Assembly (NCBI GenBank): GCA_963745835.1 | Contig: CAVUZH010000013.1 | Location: 576,001-640,000, forward strand | Source: an uncultured delta proteobacterium | GTDB lineage: Bacteria > Desulfobacterota > Binatia > UBA9968 | Length of the DNA: 64,000 bases | Direction: 5' to 3' | Shown: positions 41,918 through 50,361 of the stretch, in pieces | How positions within the stretch are numbered: position 1 is the stretch's first letter | Layout: the number at the start of each line of letters is the position of its first letter | The notes under the pieces: model-generated | Told to the model about the DNA's origin: nothing | Database searches by the model: none | Seen by the model: the letters and a program-made list of their open reading frames with translations, nothing else | Made by a program: the position numbers and the translations under genes

Positions 41918-43201
41918 TCATCGAGTGACGAACGCGGCGCGGCGTTCCGTCACGTTTATTTTACCCATCATGTATGGGTGGATCGAACAGAGATATTCAT
42001 AATCGCCGGGATGATCAAAGTTTGTGCTGTAGCTGGATCCCGGTATTAGAGTCTCCGAAGCCGCGCGATCCTTCACGGATATGCTGTGCGGCGCGCCGTC
42101 ATCGTTCATCCAGGTCACCGTCTCGCCGGGACTCAGTTCGACTAGCGATGGCACAAACGCAAATCCGTTGATCGTGATGCGTCGACTCGAAGATCGTTGC
42201 TGCGCTGCGGCTGTTTGCACCACGATCTTCCGCGGTGCGTTGCCGACACGGATGTTCGTAACCGAGCCGGTCTCCAAGTCGACAATCGAGACATCGTTGG
42301 AATCTTCGTTGGCGGTCAGCGCGGTCCTGCTATCCGGACCGCCGGCTACCCAGTGCGGCCGCGTCCCGACCTTGATCGACTTTTCCACGGTGTTGCTCTG
42401 AGTATCGAAGACGGCGAGGAGACTTGGCCCCTGAACTGCGGCAAGGCCGCGCTTTCCGTCGGGCGTGAAGTTGGCGTAGTGCGGCGAGACACCTACCGGA
42501 ATTTCCCCGACGATGCTGTTCCCGACCGGGTCGAAGACAACCACCGATTCGCTTCCAGCCTGGGTGATATATAAGCGGTTTCCGTTCGGGTCGAACTCGA
42601 GTCCGCGAGGAGTCTTTTCGAGAGCGATGGTATCGCTCAGTCGTCGCGCCGTGAGATCGACAACGGCTAGTGAGAATTTCCCCGGTGTTTGCGAGCCCAC
42701 ATAAGCAACGCGCCCGTTTGGATGAACGGCGATGTTGTGCGGTTTTCCCACCGAAACGCTGCCGATTACTTTCCGGGTAGCAGTGTCGATGAATGAGACC
42801 GAATCTGTGTCATACACGCCGACCAGGACATATTTACCGTCGCGGGTGACGGCAACTCCGTGAGGATTCTTGCCGACTTCGATATTCTCGACCAGTTTAT
42901 CCGTCGCGGTATCGATGACACTGACGGTTGACGCTCCGTCACTGGCAACGTACAGCCAGCGATTATCCGGTGTGATGACCATACCGTGGGGACCGGGCGG
43001 AATCGAAATGGTTGCCGCGACGCGCTTCGAATCCAGATCGATGACGCTGATGGTATTGTCCTTGAAGTTGCCGACGTAAGCTTTAGTCCCGGCAGCGTCC
43101 GCGGCTGTTACAAAGATTAGCACGGCTGCCAGAAACGCAAGCGTAAACCAGTAGCCGTTGCGCGTGAATCGCAAATGTTCAATGGTGGTTTTCCGTGTCA
43201 T
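41918..43201 (-). CDS. Secreted YVTN/YncE beta-propeller protein fused to a C-terminal plastocyanin/amicyanin-like cupredoxin
   Basis: Repeated VG..PHG.A.T.DG..YV..VSVID blades, then F.P..V...GETVTW.NDD.APH...YEYLCSIHPYMMG (type-1 Cu ligands H, C, H, M). Confidence 0.88.
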   Translation of the reverse strand: MTRKTTIEHLRFTRNGYWFTLAFLAAVLIFVTAADAAGTKAYVGNFKDNTISVIDLDSKRVAATISIPPGPHGMVITPDNRWLYVASDGASTVSVIDTATDKLVENIEVGKNPHGVAVTRDGKYVLVGVYDTDSVSFIDTATRKVIGSVSVGKPHNIAVHPNGRVAYVGSQTPGKFSLAVVDLTARRLSDTIALEKTPRGLEFDPNGNRLYITQAGSESVVVFDPVGNSIVGEIPVGVSPHYANFTPDGKRGLAAVQGPSLLAVFDTQSNTVEKSIKVGTRPHWVAGGPDSRTALTANEDSNDVSIVDLETGSVTNIRVGNAPRKIVVQTAAAQQRSSSRRITINGFAFVPSLVELSPGETVTWMNDDGAPHSISVKDRAASETLIPGSSYSTNFDHPGDYEYLCSIHPYMMGKINVTERRAAFVTR

Positions 43202-43245
43202 GTTATTCACCTCTCGTGTTTATTGACCTGCAGAAGCTACTGGAG

Positions 43246-43272
43246 AGACTGGCGGCGGCGGTATTTTATTCC
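43246..43272 (-). promoter_or_regulatory. ECF sigma-type promoter for the propeller-cupredoxin gene
   Basis: Minus strand GGAATAA-N14-CAGTCT, mirrored with identical motifs and spacing by the + strand copy. Confidence 0.65.
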
Positions 43273-43286
43273 ATGGTGGAATTTCG

Positions 43287-43313
43287 GGAATAATATCGGC
43301 TTTGGATCAGTCT
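43287..43313 (+). promoter_or_regulatory. ECF sigma-type autoregulatory promoter
   Basis: GGAATAA-N14-CAGTCT, ending 17 nt before the sigma factor GTG start. Confidence 0.65.
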
Positions 43314-43330
43314 TAGATAAATGGGGGTTT

Positions 43331-43888
43331 GTGTCGGCTTCAGACAGCAAGAGAGCTCGTTTCGAGAGCACCGTCTCGCCGCATCTGGATGCCGCGTACA
43401 ACTTAGCCCGCTGGCTTACCGGCAATGACGACGATGCCAAAGACGTGGTGCAAGAGACGATGCTCCGTGCCTTTATGTATTTCGACGGGTTCCGAGGCGG
43501 CGATGCGCGTTCGTGGCTACTCAAAATTGTTCGCAACACCTGTTTCACCTGGCTGCAGACGAATCGACGAAGCGAAACGTCAGCCATGGCGGCGGAAGAG
43601 CTGGAGGAACTCGCCATACCGGCTTTCCACTCAGGACCTGCTGAGGATCCTGAGACGCTGGCGCTTCGTCGGACGGCCGCTGTTCAGCTCAATGATGCGA
43701 TCGCCACGATACCAGCGGCATTTCGGGAGGTGATGGTTTTACGTGAGATGGAGGGACTTTCGTATAAAGAAATTGCCACTATCGTCGCCGCGCCGGTGGG
43801 CACTGTGATGTCGCGCCTAGCGCGAGCCCGGGCCGAGCTTCGACGCATCCTTGTGCAGTCATCATCAGCTGGGAGAGACGAGAAATGA
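43331..43888 (+). CDS. ECF-type sigma-70 factor
   Basis: Motifs HLDAAYNLARWL, DAKDVVQE, RSWLLKIVRN, EGLSYKEIA..GTVMSRLARAR. Confidence 0.93.
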   Translation: MSASDSKRARFESTVSPHLDAAYNLARWLTGNDDDAKDVVQETMLRAFMYFDGFRGGDARSWLLKIVRNTCFTWLQTNRRSETSAMAAEELEELAIPAFHSGPAEDPETLALRRTAAVQLNDAIATIPAAFREVMVLREMEGLSYKEIATIVAAPVGTVMSRLARARAELRRILVQSSSAGRDEK

Positions 43889-44652
43889 CACCCGAGAACA
43901 CTCGCATCCTATTGAACGCATATATCGACGGCGAGCTCGATGTCGCCTCGACCATTGAAGTGGAGTCTGAGATCGAGAAATCGGCCGCGTTGCGACAGGA
44001 ACTGGAGCGTCTATCCGCACTGCAGGACCTGGTGCAGAGTCGGGCGGCGCGGTTTGATGCTCCGTCTCATTTGCGTAGATCTCTGGCTGCCGCGTCCCAT
44101 GACGCTGCAGCCGAATCGTCGGGAGTTTCGGCCTGGTGGCGTACGATTGCTATTGGCGCAAGCGCCAGTGCTGCCGCTGCTGTGGCACTTTTACTCTGGA
44201 GTCTTGGTTCTACTTTCTTGGATCAGCAAACTCGCGGTATCCTCATCGATGAGGTTGTCAGCGCTCATCTCCGTTCTCTGATGGCGGATCACCTGACCGA
44301 CCTCGCGTCTTCGGAGCGCCATTCGGTCAAGCCCTGGCTTTCCAACCGATTGCATTTCGCACCGCCGGTACATGAACTGGCGCGCGACGGGTTTATTCTC
44401 CTGGGTGCGCGACTGGACTACGTCGGCGGGAAACCGACCGCGGCAATCGTCTACCGTCAGCGCCAGCACCTGATCAATGTCTTTATCCACCCGGCGGAGG
44501 CGAGCAGCGAAGGTTCGATCAAGCTTTCGAGCCACCGTGGCTACAACTCTGTCACATTTGAATTTGCCGGCATGAGTTATTGGGTAGTATCCGATCTTAA
44601 TCAGAACGACCTTGCCCAACTGGCTAAGCTTCTCCAACTGCCGGCGACATAG
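43885..44652 (+). CDS. Membrane-anchored anti-sigma factor
   Basis: LLNAYIDGELD (zf-HC2-like, zinc ligands lost), a TM helix, then HLRSL..SSERHSVKPW, GARLDY, YWVVSDLN; ATGA-coupled to the sigma gene. Confidence 0.9.
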   Translation: MTPENTRILLNAYIDGELDVASTIEVESEIEKSAALRQELERLSALQDLVQSRAARFDAPSHLRRSLAAASHDAAAESSGVSAWWRTIAIGASASAAAAVALLLWSLGSTFLDQQTRGILIDEVVSAHLRSLMADHLTDLASSERHSVKPWLSNRLHFAPPVHELARDGFILLGARLDYVGGKPTAAIVYRQRQHLINVFIHPAEASSEGSIKLSSHRGYNSVTFEFAGMSYWVVSDLNQNDLAQLAKLLQLPAT

Positions 44653-44905
44653 ACAATCCCCCCACAGCTTCTTACTCGTAAGCCAGCGCATTCGGATAGC
44701 CGCGCTTTACCCAGGCGATCTGCAGATTGATCCGCCGGCCCAGGCCGCAATCGCTTCCACGGAAAGGCTCAAATCGTTTGTTGACAGTTACGTGTCGGGT
44801 AGCCATGGGTCAGAGTTTTGCGTACTTGATGTCTCTGGAACAGATTCAACACGATACTTTCGTTCTAGACTTTCTAGCTGTTCTTTCGTACATTCGCACA
44901 GGCAC

Positions 44906-44982
44906 TTTGAATCCAACTCCACAACTTAGCTCGCGATCGCCACGCCGTTGCGCAGGCCGCGCAACTTGACTCTAGGCGATTT
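44906..44982 (-). repeat. MetE-like gene-tail repeat, copy D (most degenerate)
   Basis: TTTGAATCCAACTCCACAACTTAGCTCGCGATCGCCACGCCGTTGCGCAGGCCGCGCAACTTGAC; minus strand reads KLRGLRNGVAIAS. Confidence 0.7.
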
Positions 44983-45149
44983 TACACGGGTCAACATACT
45001 CGCGGGGTCACTCTGAGCTAGACGACTCCAACTGTCTCCACGTGACCCAATTGTCCAACGACCGTCCTAACTCTGAACGGCCTTCGCAGCACAGATATAA
45101 GCCGGGGCGGAGCAGGTCTCGGCTCACCTCTTTCCACGCGAGCTAAAAA

Positions 45150-45508
45150 AAAGTGAAACCATACTCAAACAAGCCGCCAAGGAGGTTCGCGCCGACGGCG
45201 TGCTCTTGATGCGATCCGTCAGGGTGGAAGAGAGGACCAACTATCCTCCGGTCGGGCCGGCAATTTCGTTCGGGATCTTTGGCTCAAACGCCGGCGCTGA
45301 GTGGATTGGAATTCCCGGGTCGTCCGGTCCTTACCGTTACAACGAATACACCTCCGAGACCGCGCTCTACGAGCTCGCCAAGAACGACTTGGTGTGGACC
45401 GGCACCCTCACGATGAGAGAGCCGACAAATGTGCAAACAGCGATCAAGTCCTATGTGCAAACCGTCACGGAAGCGCTCGCCGAGCAAAATCTGTTTCCGA
45501 AAAAGTAA
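45150..45508 (+). pseudogene. C-terminal fragment of a DUF4136-like lipoprotein
   Basis: ADGVLLMR...ETALYELAKNDLVWTG...EALAEQNL; no N-terminal signal or lipobox. Confidence 0.45.
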
Positions 45509-46000
45509 TTGGCCCTGGCGGATGGACGCAGCCGCTCAGGCCGCGATCAGTGCCGCTAGCCAGTGTCGCGCTGGTGATAAATGATCGCGCTCATGCTTCG
45601 CATAGAATTTTTCCCGTGCTAATCGTGTGATGTGACAAGGCGCTTGAAGCTTGCGCCGTTCAAAATATGCCGTTCAACCTATTTTCTCAATCCGTTTAGC
45701 AGTTCAACGGTTCAACCATCCAACGACCGCACACCCTACCGCAATTCTTCCGAACGTTTTCCAATTCTCGAAAAAAGGAACCCCCCTTCGGTTTCTGTCG
45801 CTCAGCTCGTTCACGTCGCTCGGAGCGGGCACGTCTTTTATGAGTGGAGGGTACGATTGCTGGAAGCTGAAGTTCGAGCTGAAAACTGACACTAATAGCT
45901 AGCGCGTCTTTTGACTCTGAGGCGACCGACCCGCGGCGGAGGTTTGCGCTTCGCCGACTGGCTGCTAGTGTATGATGTAATTTTCGGGTGCGTTGTAGAG

Positions 46001-47920
46001 ATGAATTCTTCAGACGATGTCCTCGATGCGGTGCAGGCGCCTGTCCGCGATGCCGATGTGAGCAGTTTGGAAAGGGCCCGGTTACTAGTCGCTAGTAAGT
46101 TTTCTGCGGATGAACGCGCCCACGACTCTATCGACCGCGGCAGAGAAGCCGCTGACATTCTCGGTAAACTCGGAATGGATGCCGAGACGCGTGCAGTTGC
46201 GCTGCTGCTTCCGTTGATCGACGAGGGTGCGCTCGATCCGGCGGCGGTCGAGAAAGGGATCGGCGCTGAGGTTGCCCGCTTGACTCACGGAGCCCTTCGT
46301 CTCGCCAGCCTTAAAGATCTGCGCAAAACCACAACGGAGACTTTACAAGCCAATCGTCTGCGGCAGATGCTGTTGACGATCGCGGAGGACCCACGCGTTG
46401 TCCTTGTGAGCCTGGCACACCAGATCTGTGCTCTGCGCGCCGCCAGGAACGCCGTGGAACAGACACGACGCGCAGTCGGTCAGGAAACCCTCGACGTCTT
46501 CGCGCCACTCGCGAACCGCTTGGGCGTCTGGCAGCTCAAAGAGGAGCTCGAAGATCTCGCCTTTCGATACTTAGAGCCAGACACCTATCAGCGCATCGCA
46601 AACGGGCTGGACCAGCGGCACACGGACCGTAGAGGTTACATCGCGCAGGTTACTGCGCGGTTGCGCGAAGAATTAAGTCGCGCCGGCATAAGCACCGAGA
46701 TTAGCGGTCGTCCAAAGCACGTTTACAGTGTCTGGAACAAGATGCGCCAAAAGGGCCTCGACCTCAGTGAGGTTTTCGATGCCCTTGGCTTTCGGATCCT
46801 GGTGCATGATGTGAGCGATTGTTATGCGGCGCTTAGCGTGGTGCACGGGTTATGGGAGCCGATGCTGGATGTATTTGACGACTACATTGCCAAACCCAAA
46901 ACCAACGGTTACCAATCGCTGCACTCGGCAGTGACAGGTCCGGAGGCAGTAACGATGGAGGTGCAAATCCGGACCTTCGCCATGCACCGCCACGCCGATC
47001 TGGGAGTGGCGGCTCATTGGCAATACAAGGAAGGTCTGCAAAAGCGCATCGCATGGTCACGCAGCTTCCTGGAAACCGGGGAGAGCGCGCCGCCGGACTC
47101 AGACCTTATTGAGCGCTTCAAGCAAGCGGCTTTCCACGATCGGATCTACGTGCTCACGCCGCAGGGTCATATAATAGATCTCCCGCCTGAGGCGACGCCG
47201 CTCGACTTTGCCTACGCGGTTCACACGCAGGTGGGTCACCGCTGCCGCGGCGCCAAGGTTGACGGGATTATGGTCCCGCTTACGAAGGCACTCGTTAGCG
47301 GCCAACAAATAGAGATTTTGACAACGCGGGAAGGCCATCCTAGTCGCGACTGGTTGAATCCCCATCTTGGATATCTGAGAACGGCCTCTGCGCGCGCGAA
47401 GGTCCGTCGCTGGCTCAAGCAGCAAGATCATGAAGCACACGTAGCCCAGGGCCGGGCCGTGCTGGAGCGTGAGCACCGGCGCTTGGGTCTCAGCGAGATC
47501 AACATTGCCGAACTCACCAAACGTTTCAAAATGCGGCGGCCCGAGGATCTGCTAGCAGCGCTCGGTTGCGGCGACATCAGCGCTGCGCGGCTCGGCCAGG
47601 CGCTCGGCACCGAGGCATCTCCTCAAGCGCCGAGCACTGCGGCATCATTGCCTTCGACAGCTTCGCGGGGCAGCTTGCTGGTGCAGGGTACCAGCAATGT
47701 TCTGACCAAGATTGCAGGTTGTTGCAGGCCCGCGGCGGGCGAGCCCATTGGCGGCTACGTCACCGCGCAGGGCGGCGGCATCTCGATTCACCGACGCGAT
47801 TGTAAGAACCTCGAACGGCTCGCGATGCTACGGCCTCACAAGCTGGTGGAAGTTGCGTGGGGTGAAAGTCGGCAGCGCCGTGCCGCTCGGAGAATGGAGC
47901 GAAAAACGGACGCGGATTGA
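46001..47920 (+). CDS. relA: RelA-like (p)ppGpp synthetase with a degenerate HD domain, TGS and ZFD, and no ACT domain
   Basis: Motifs FAPLANRLGVWQLK, GRPKHVYS, DDYIAKPKTNGYQSLH, EVQIRT, TPLDFAYAVHTQVGHRC, CCRP..HRRDC. The HD position reads ALLLPL. Confidence 0.88.
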   Translation: MNSSDDVLDAVQAPVRDADVSSLERARLLVASKFSADERAHDSIDRGREAADILGKLGMDAETRAVALLLPLIDEGALDPAAVEKGIGAEVARLTHGALRLASLKDLRKTTTETLQANRLRQMLLTIAEDPRVVLVSLAHQICALRAARNAVEQTRRAVGQETLDVFAPLANRLGVWQLKEELEDLAFRYLEPDTYQRIANGLDQRHTDRRGYIAQVTARLREELSRAGISTEISGRPKHVYSVWNKMRQKGLDLSEVFDALGFRILVHDVSDCYAALSVVHGLWEPMLDVFDDYIAKPKTNGYQSLHSAVTGPEAVTMEVQIRTFAMHRHADLGVAAHWQYKEGLQKRIAWSRSFLETGESAPPDSDLIERFKQAAFHDRIYVLTPQGHIIDLPPEATPLDFAYAVHTQVGHRCRGAKVDGIMVPLTKALVSGQQIEILTTREGHPSRDWLNPHLGYLRTASARAKVRRWLKQQDHEAHVAQGRAVLEREHRRLGLSEINIAELTKRFKMRRPEDLLAALGCGDISAARLGQALGTEASPQAPSTAASLPSTASRGSLLVQGTSNVLTKIAGCCRPAAGEPIGGYVTAQGGGISIHRRDCKNLERLAMLRPHKLVEVAWGESRQRRAARRMERKTDAD

Positions 47921-48280
47921 AAATAGATAGGTAATTAAAAACCCGAAGCGGTTCGGATTGTTCGTGCTGAACTACGCCGTAACGGCCAACCATATTAGCC
48001 TGCTAGTGAAGGACACAGGCGGAGACGTGATTCCGTGAAACGTGCAGCTACTCGCTGAGAGAGCGGCCACGAGATCAATCAGCCCAAAGACTGGAATTCG
48101 GGAGCCATACCGATCAGTCTAAGCGACGGGGACGGCGGAAACGTTTACTCTATGGAACGAAGGGAAGCTTACAGCGATGTTTTTGCCAAGCGAAAATCAC
48201 GCTCCAAGAATAGACAACCGGCGATTTTAGGACGAAAGGCGCAGAACAAGTACACAGCTTGGTCGCCGAGAGTCAGGTGA

Positions 48281-49162
48281 TTACTGATCCTCGAAGAGAT
48301 ATCTGGCGGTAAAGCCGAGCAAGTCCCGAGCCTTTTTACAGTCGTAACCGCTCCAGTTTCCTTGCAGATCTGTGCGCAGGATCACATTGGGAAAATACTC
48401 TTTAGCCAGCTCTATAGTCGGATTGGCCATGATCGTGTTTGAAGCGCAAATGTTGAACGGCTCATGATTTGAAAAATCGCTTTCGGCCGCGAGGCGGCAC
48501 GCGACCGCGGCATCCCTAACGTCGATATAAGTCCACAAGGGTCCCGCCCACCTCAGCGGGTTTTTACGCCGCTCAAGGAGGTTTCTTTGAGTGAAATCGG
48601 CTGAGATTCCGGCGAATCGGAGGCTGGCGATTTGCATTTCGCTCCTGCGCGCGAAAGCATCGCAAATGCGTTCTCCAGCGAGCTTCGAGACGCTGTAAGG
48701 ATCCTGGGGTACCAGGGGGTGAGCTTCGTCCACGGGCATGTACTCAGGCGCGACGAATCGGCTGGGATAGTAGAAGCCGTAGATCGTCAGGCTAGATCCC
48801 ATCACGAGCTTCTTCACTCCGGCGGCAAGTGCGGCGGCGACTACGTTGTAACTGATGGTGATGTTGTAACTGAAAACTTGCGCGTCTCCGAACACGTCGG
48901 GAATGTTCCACGTGCGGGATGTCGGATTGAAACCGTTGCTCGTGTAGGGAAACTTTTGTCGCGCAAGATGAATGACGGCGTCAGCCCTCGCAAATACCTC
49001 GGCGAGCTGTTGCGCTTGGGCCAGGTCAACCACCAACGAATCGCATCCACGATCTTGGATGGGAATTTTGTCAATTGCCAGCACATGGTGACCGTGACCA
49101 ACCAGTTCTTTGGTAGTCAACCGTCCAAGCCTGCCGGCGCCGCCAGTCACGACGATCTTCAT
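48281..49162 (-). CDS. NAD-dependent epimerase/dehydratase
   Basis: Motifs VTGGAGRLG, DPYSVSK, YIDVRDAA. Confidence 0.9.
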   Translation of the reverse strand: MKIVVTGGAGRLGRLTTKELVGHGHHVLAIDKIPIQDRGCDSLVVDLAQAQQLAEVFARADAVIHLARQKFPYTSNGFNPTSRTWNIPDVFGDAQVFSYNITISYNVVAAALAAGVKKLVMGSSLTIYGFYYPSRFVAPEYMPVDEAHPLVPQDPYSVSKLAGERICDAFARRSEMQIASLRFAGISADFTQRNLLERRKNPLRWAGPLWTYIDVRDAAVACRLAAESDFSNHEPFNICASNTIMANPTIELAKEYFPNVILRTDLQGNWSGYDCKKARDLLGFTARYLFEDQ

Positions 49163-49354
49163 AACGATAATTTTTTCCCCACTCGGTTTCTCGTTTAACG
49201 TGTTCCCCAAGTCGTTGTCAACGAAACTCAGGCATCACTGACGATCACAATGTGGTTTTATACCTCTCTCTTTCAGGCGGTTTGACTTGAAAGAACCACT
49301 TGAATAAGCTCGGCGGCATCTACGGGCACTGTGATGACAATAGGAGGGAAGCCG

Positions 49355-50338
49355 ATGAGATGCCGAACTTGTTTGTCATTTTTATTGAGCTTCTTCCTCG
49401 GTTTGGTGTTTTTCTCGCGCCAAAGCTTTTCCGCGGAAACCACCAAAGCAATCATCGGCGTAGAGGCGCCGACGCTTTCCGATCTGCCGCTGTCCATGGC
49501 GCTCAAAAAGGATTTTTTTAAGAGCGAGGGATTGAACATCTTGGAGGTGCTTTTCAGAAGCGGACCGACGGCCATACAGGCCCTTGTTTCAGGATCAATT
49601 CAATTCAGCACCGGCTTCGGTACGGGAACTCGGGCTGCGATGGCGGCCGCGCCGCTCAAAGGCATCGTTGGATTCAACAACAAACCGGCGTTTATTCTTT
49701 ACGGCCGGAGGGAGTCCGGCATCCGCTCTATCGCCGATATTAAGGGAAAAAAGATCGCCGTCACCGGCGTCGGCAGCACTACGGACTATGCCGCGCGAGC
49801 GATCCTGACGCATCACCGCATTGATCCCGACAAAGAAGTTTCCATTTTGGCGGTTGGCAGCGAGAGCGTCTTTCCCGCGCTGCAAAAAGGGTCGGTCGAT
49901 GCGGCCATATTGTGGGCACCAAGCTTTGCGGTTGCGGAGAAGCTGGGTATGGTCAGGATCCAGTCCTTGGCCGAGATTCTGGAACTCCCGGGATCGGGAG
50001 TGGTCGTTTCCGATCAGCTCATAAAAGAAAACCCGATGCTGATCAAGAAATTTTTGCGCGGTACGCTGAAAGGTTTTCAATACGTGCATGATCCGAAAAA
50101 CCGAGATGACATTATCAACTCGATCTCCAAAGATTTCCGTTTGGAACCGGACATCGCCACAATCAACTACCAGTTTATTTTGGGAATTCTAACCAAGGAC
50201 GGTTTGATTTCCCGGCGCGCCATCGAAACCGGAATCGAGCTGACGCGCCAGCGTGTCAAAACCAACGAGCCGACCGCCGACTTAGCGAAAAAGATGTACG
50301 ACTTTTCCTTGTTGGAAGAAGTTCAAAAGGGAAAATAA
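49355..50338 (+). CDS. NMT1/SsuA-type ABC substrate-binding protein
   Basis: Motifs FFKSEGL, IQALVSGS, IKGKKIAVTGVGSTTD, YDFSLLEEV. Confidence 0.88.
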   Translation: MRCRTCLSFLLSFFLGLVFFSRQSFSAETTKAIIGVEAPTLSDLPLSMALKKDFFKSEGLNILEVLFRSGPTAIQALVSGSIQFSTGFGTGTRAAMAAAPLKGIVGFNNKPAFILYGRRESGIRSIADIKGKKIAVTGVGSTTDYAARAILTHHRIDPDKEVSILAVGSESVFPALQKGSVDAAILWAPSFAVAEKLGMVRIQSLAEILELPGSGVVVSDQLIKENPMLIKKFLRGTLKGFQYVHDPKNRDDIINSISKDFRLEPDIATINYQFILGILTKDGLISRRAIETGIELTRQRVKTNEPTADLAKKMYDFSLLEEVQKGK

Positions 50339-50361
50339 GGCGGCACCGGGAGATAAACGAT

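Noticed and set aside
6835-44982. The 85-bp repeat as an ncRNA/riboswitch or integron attC site
   Set aside because: It has no RYYYAAC/GTTRRRY palindromic ends and no integrase is present. It translates as a recognisable protein C-terminus with a stop codon.
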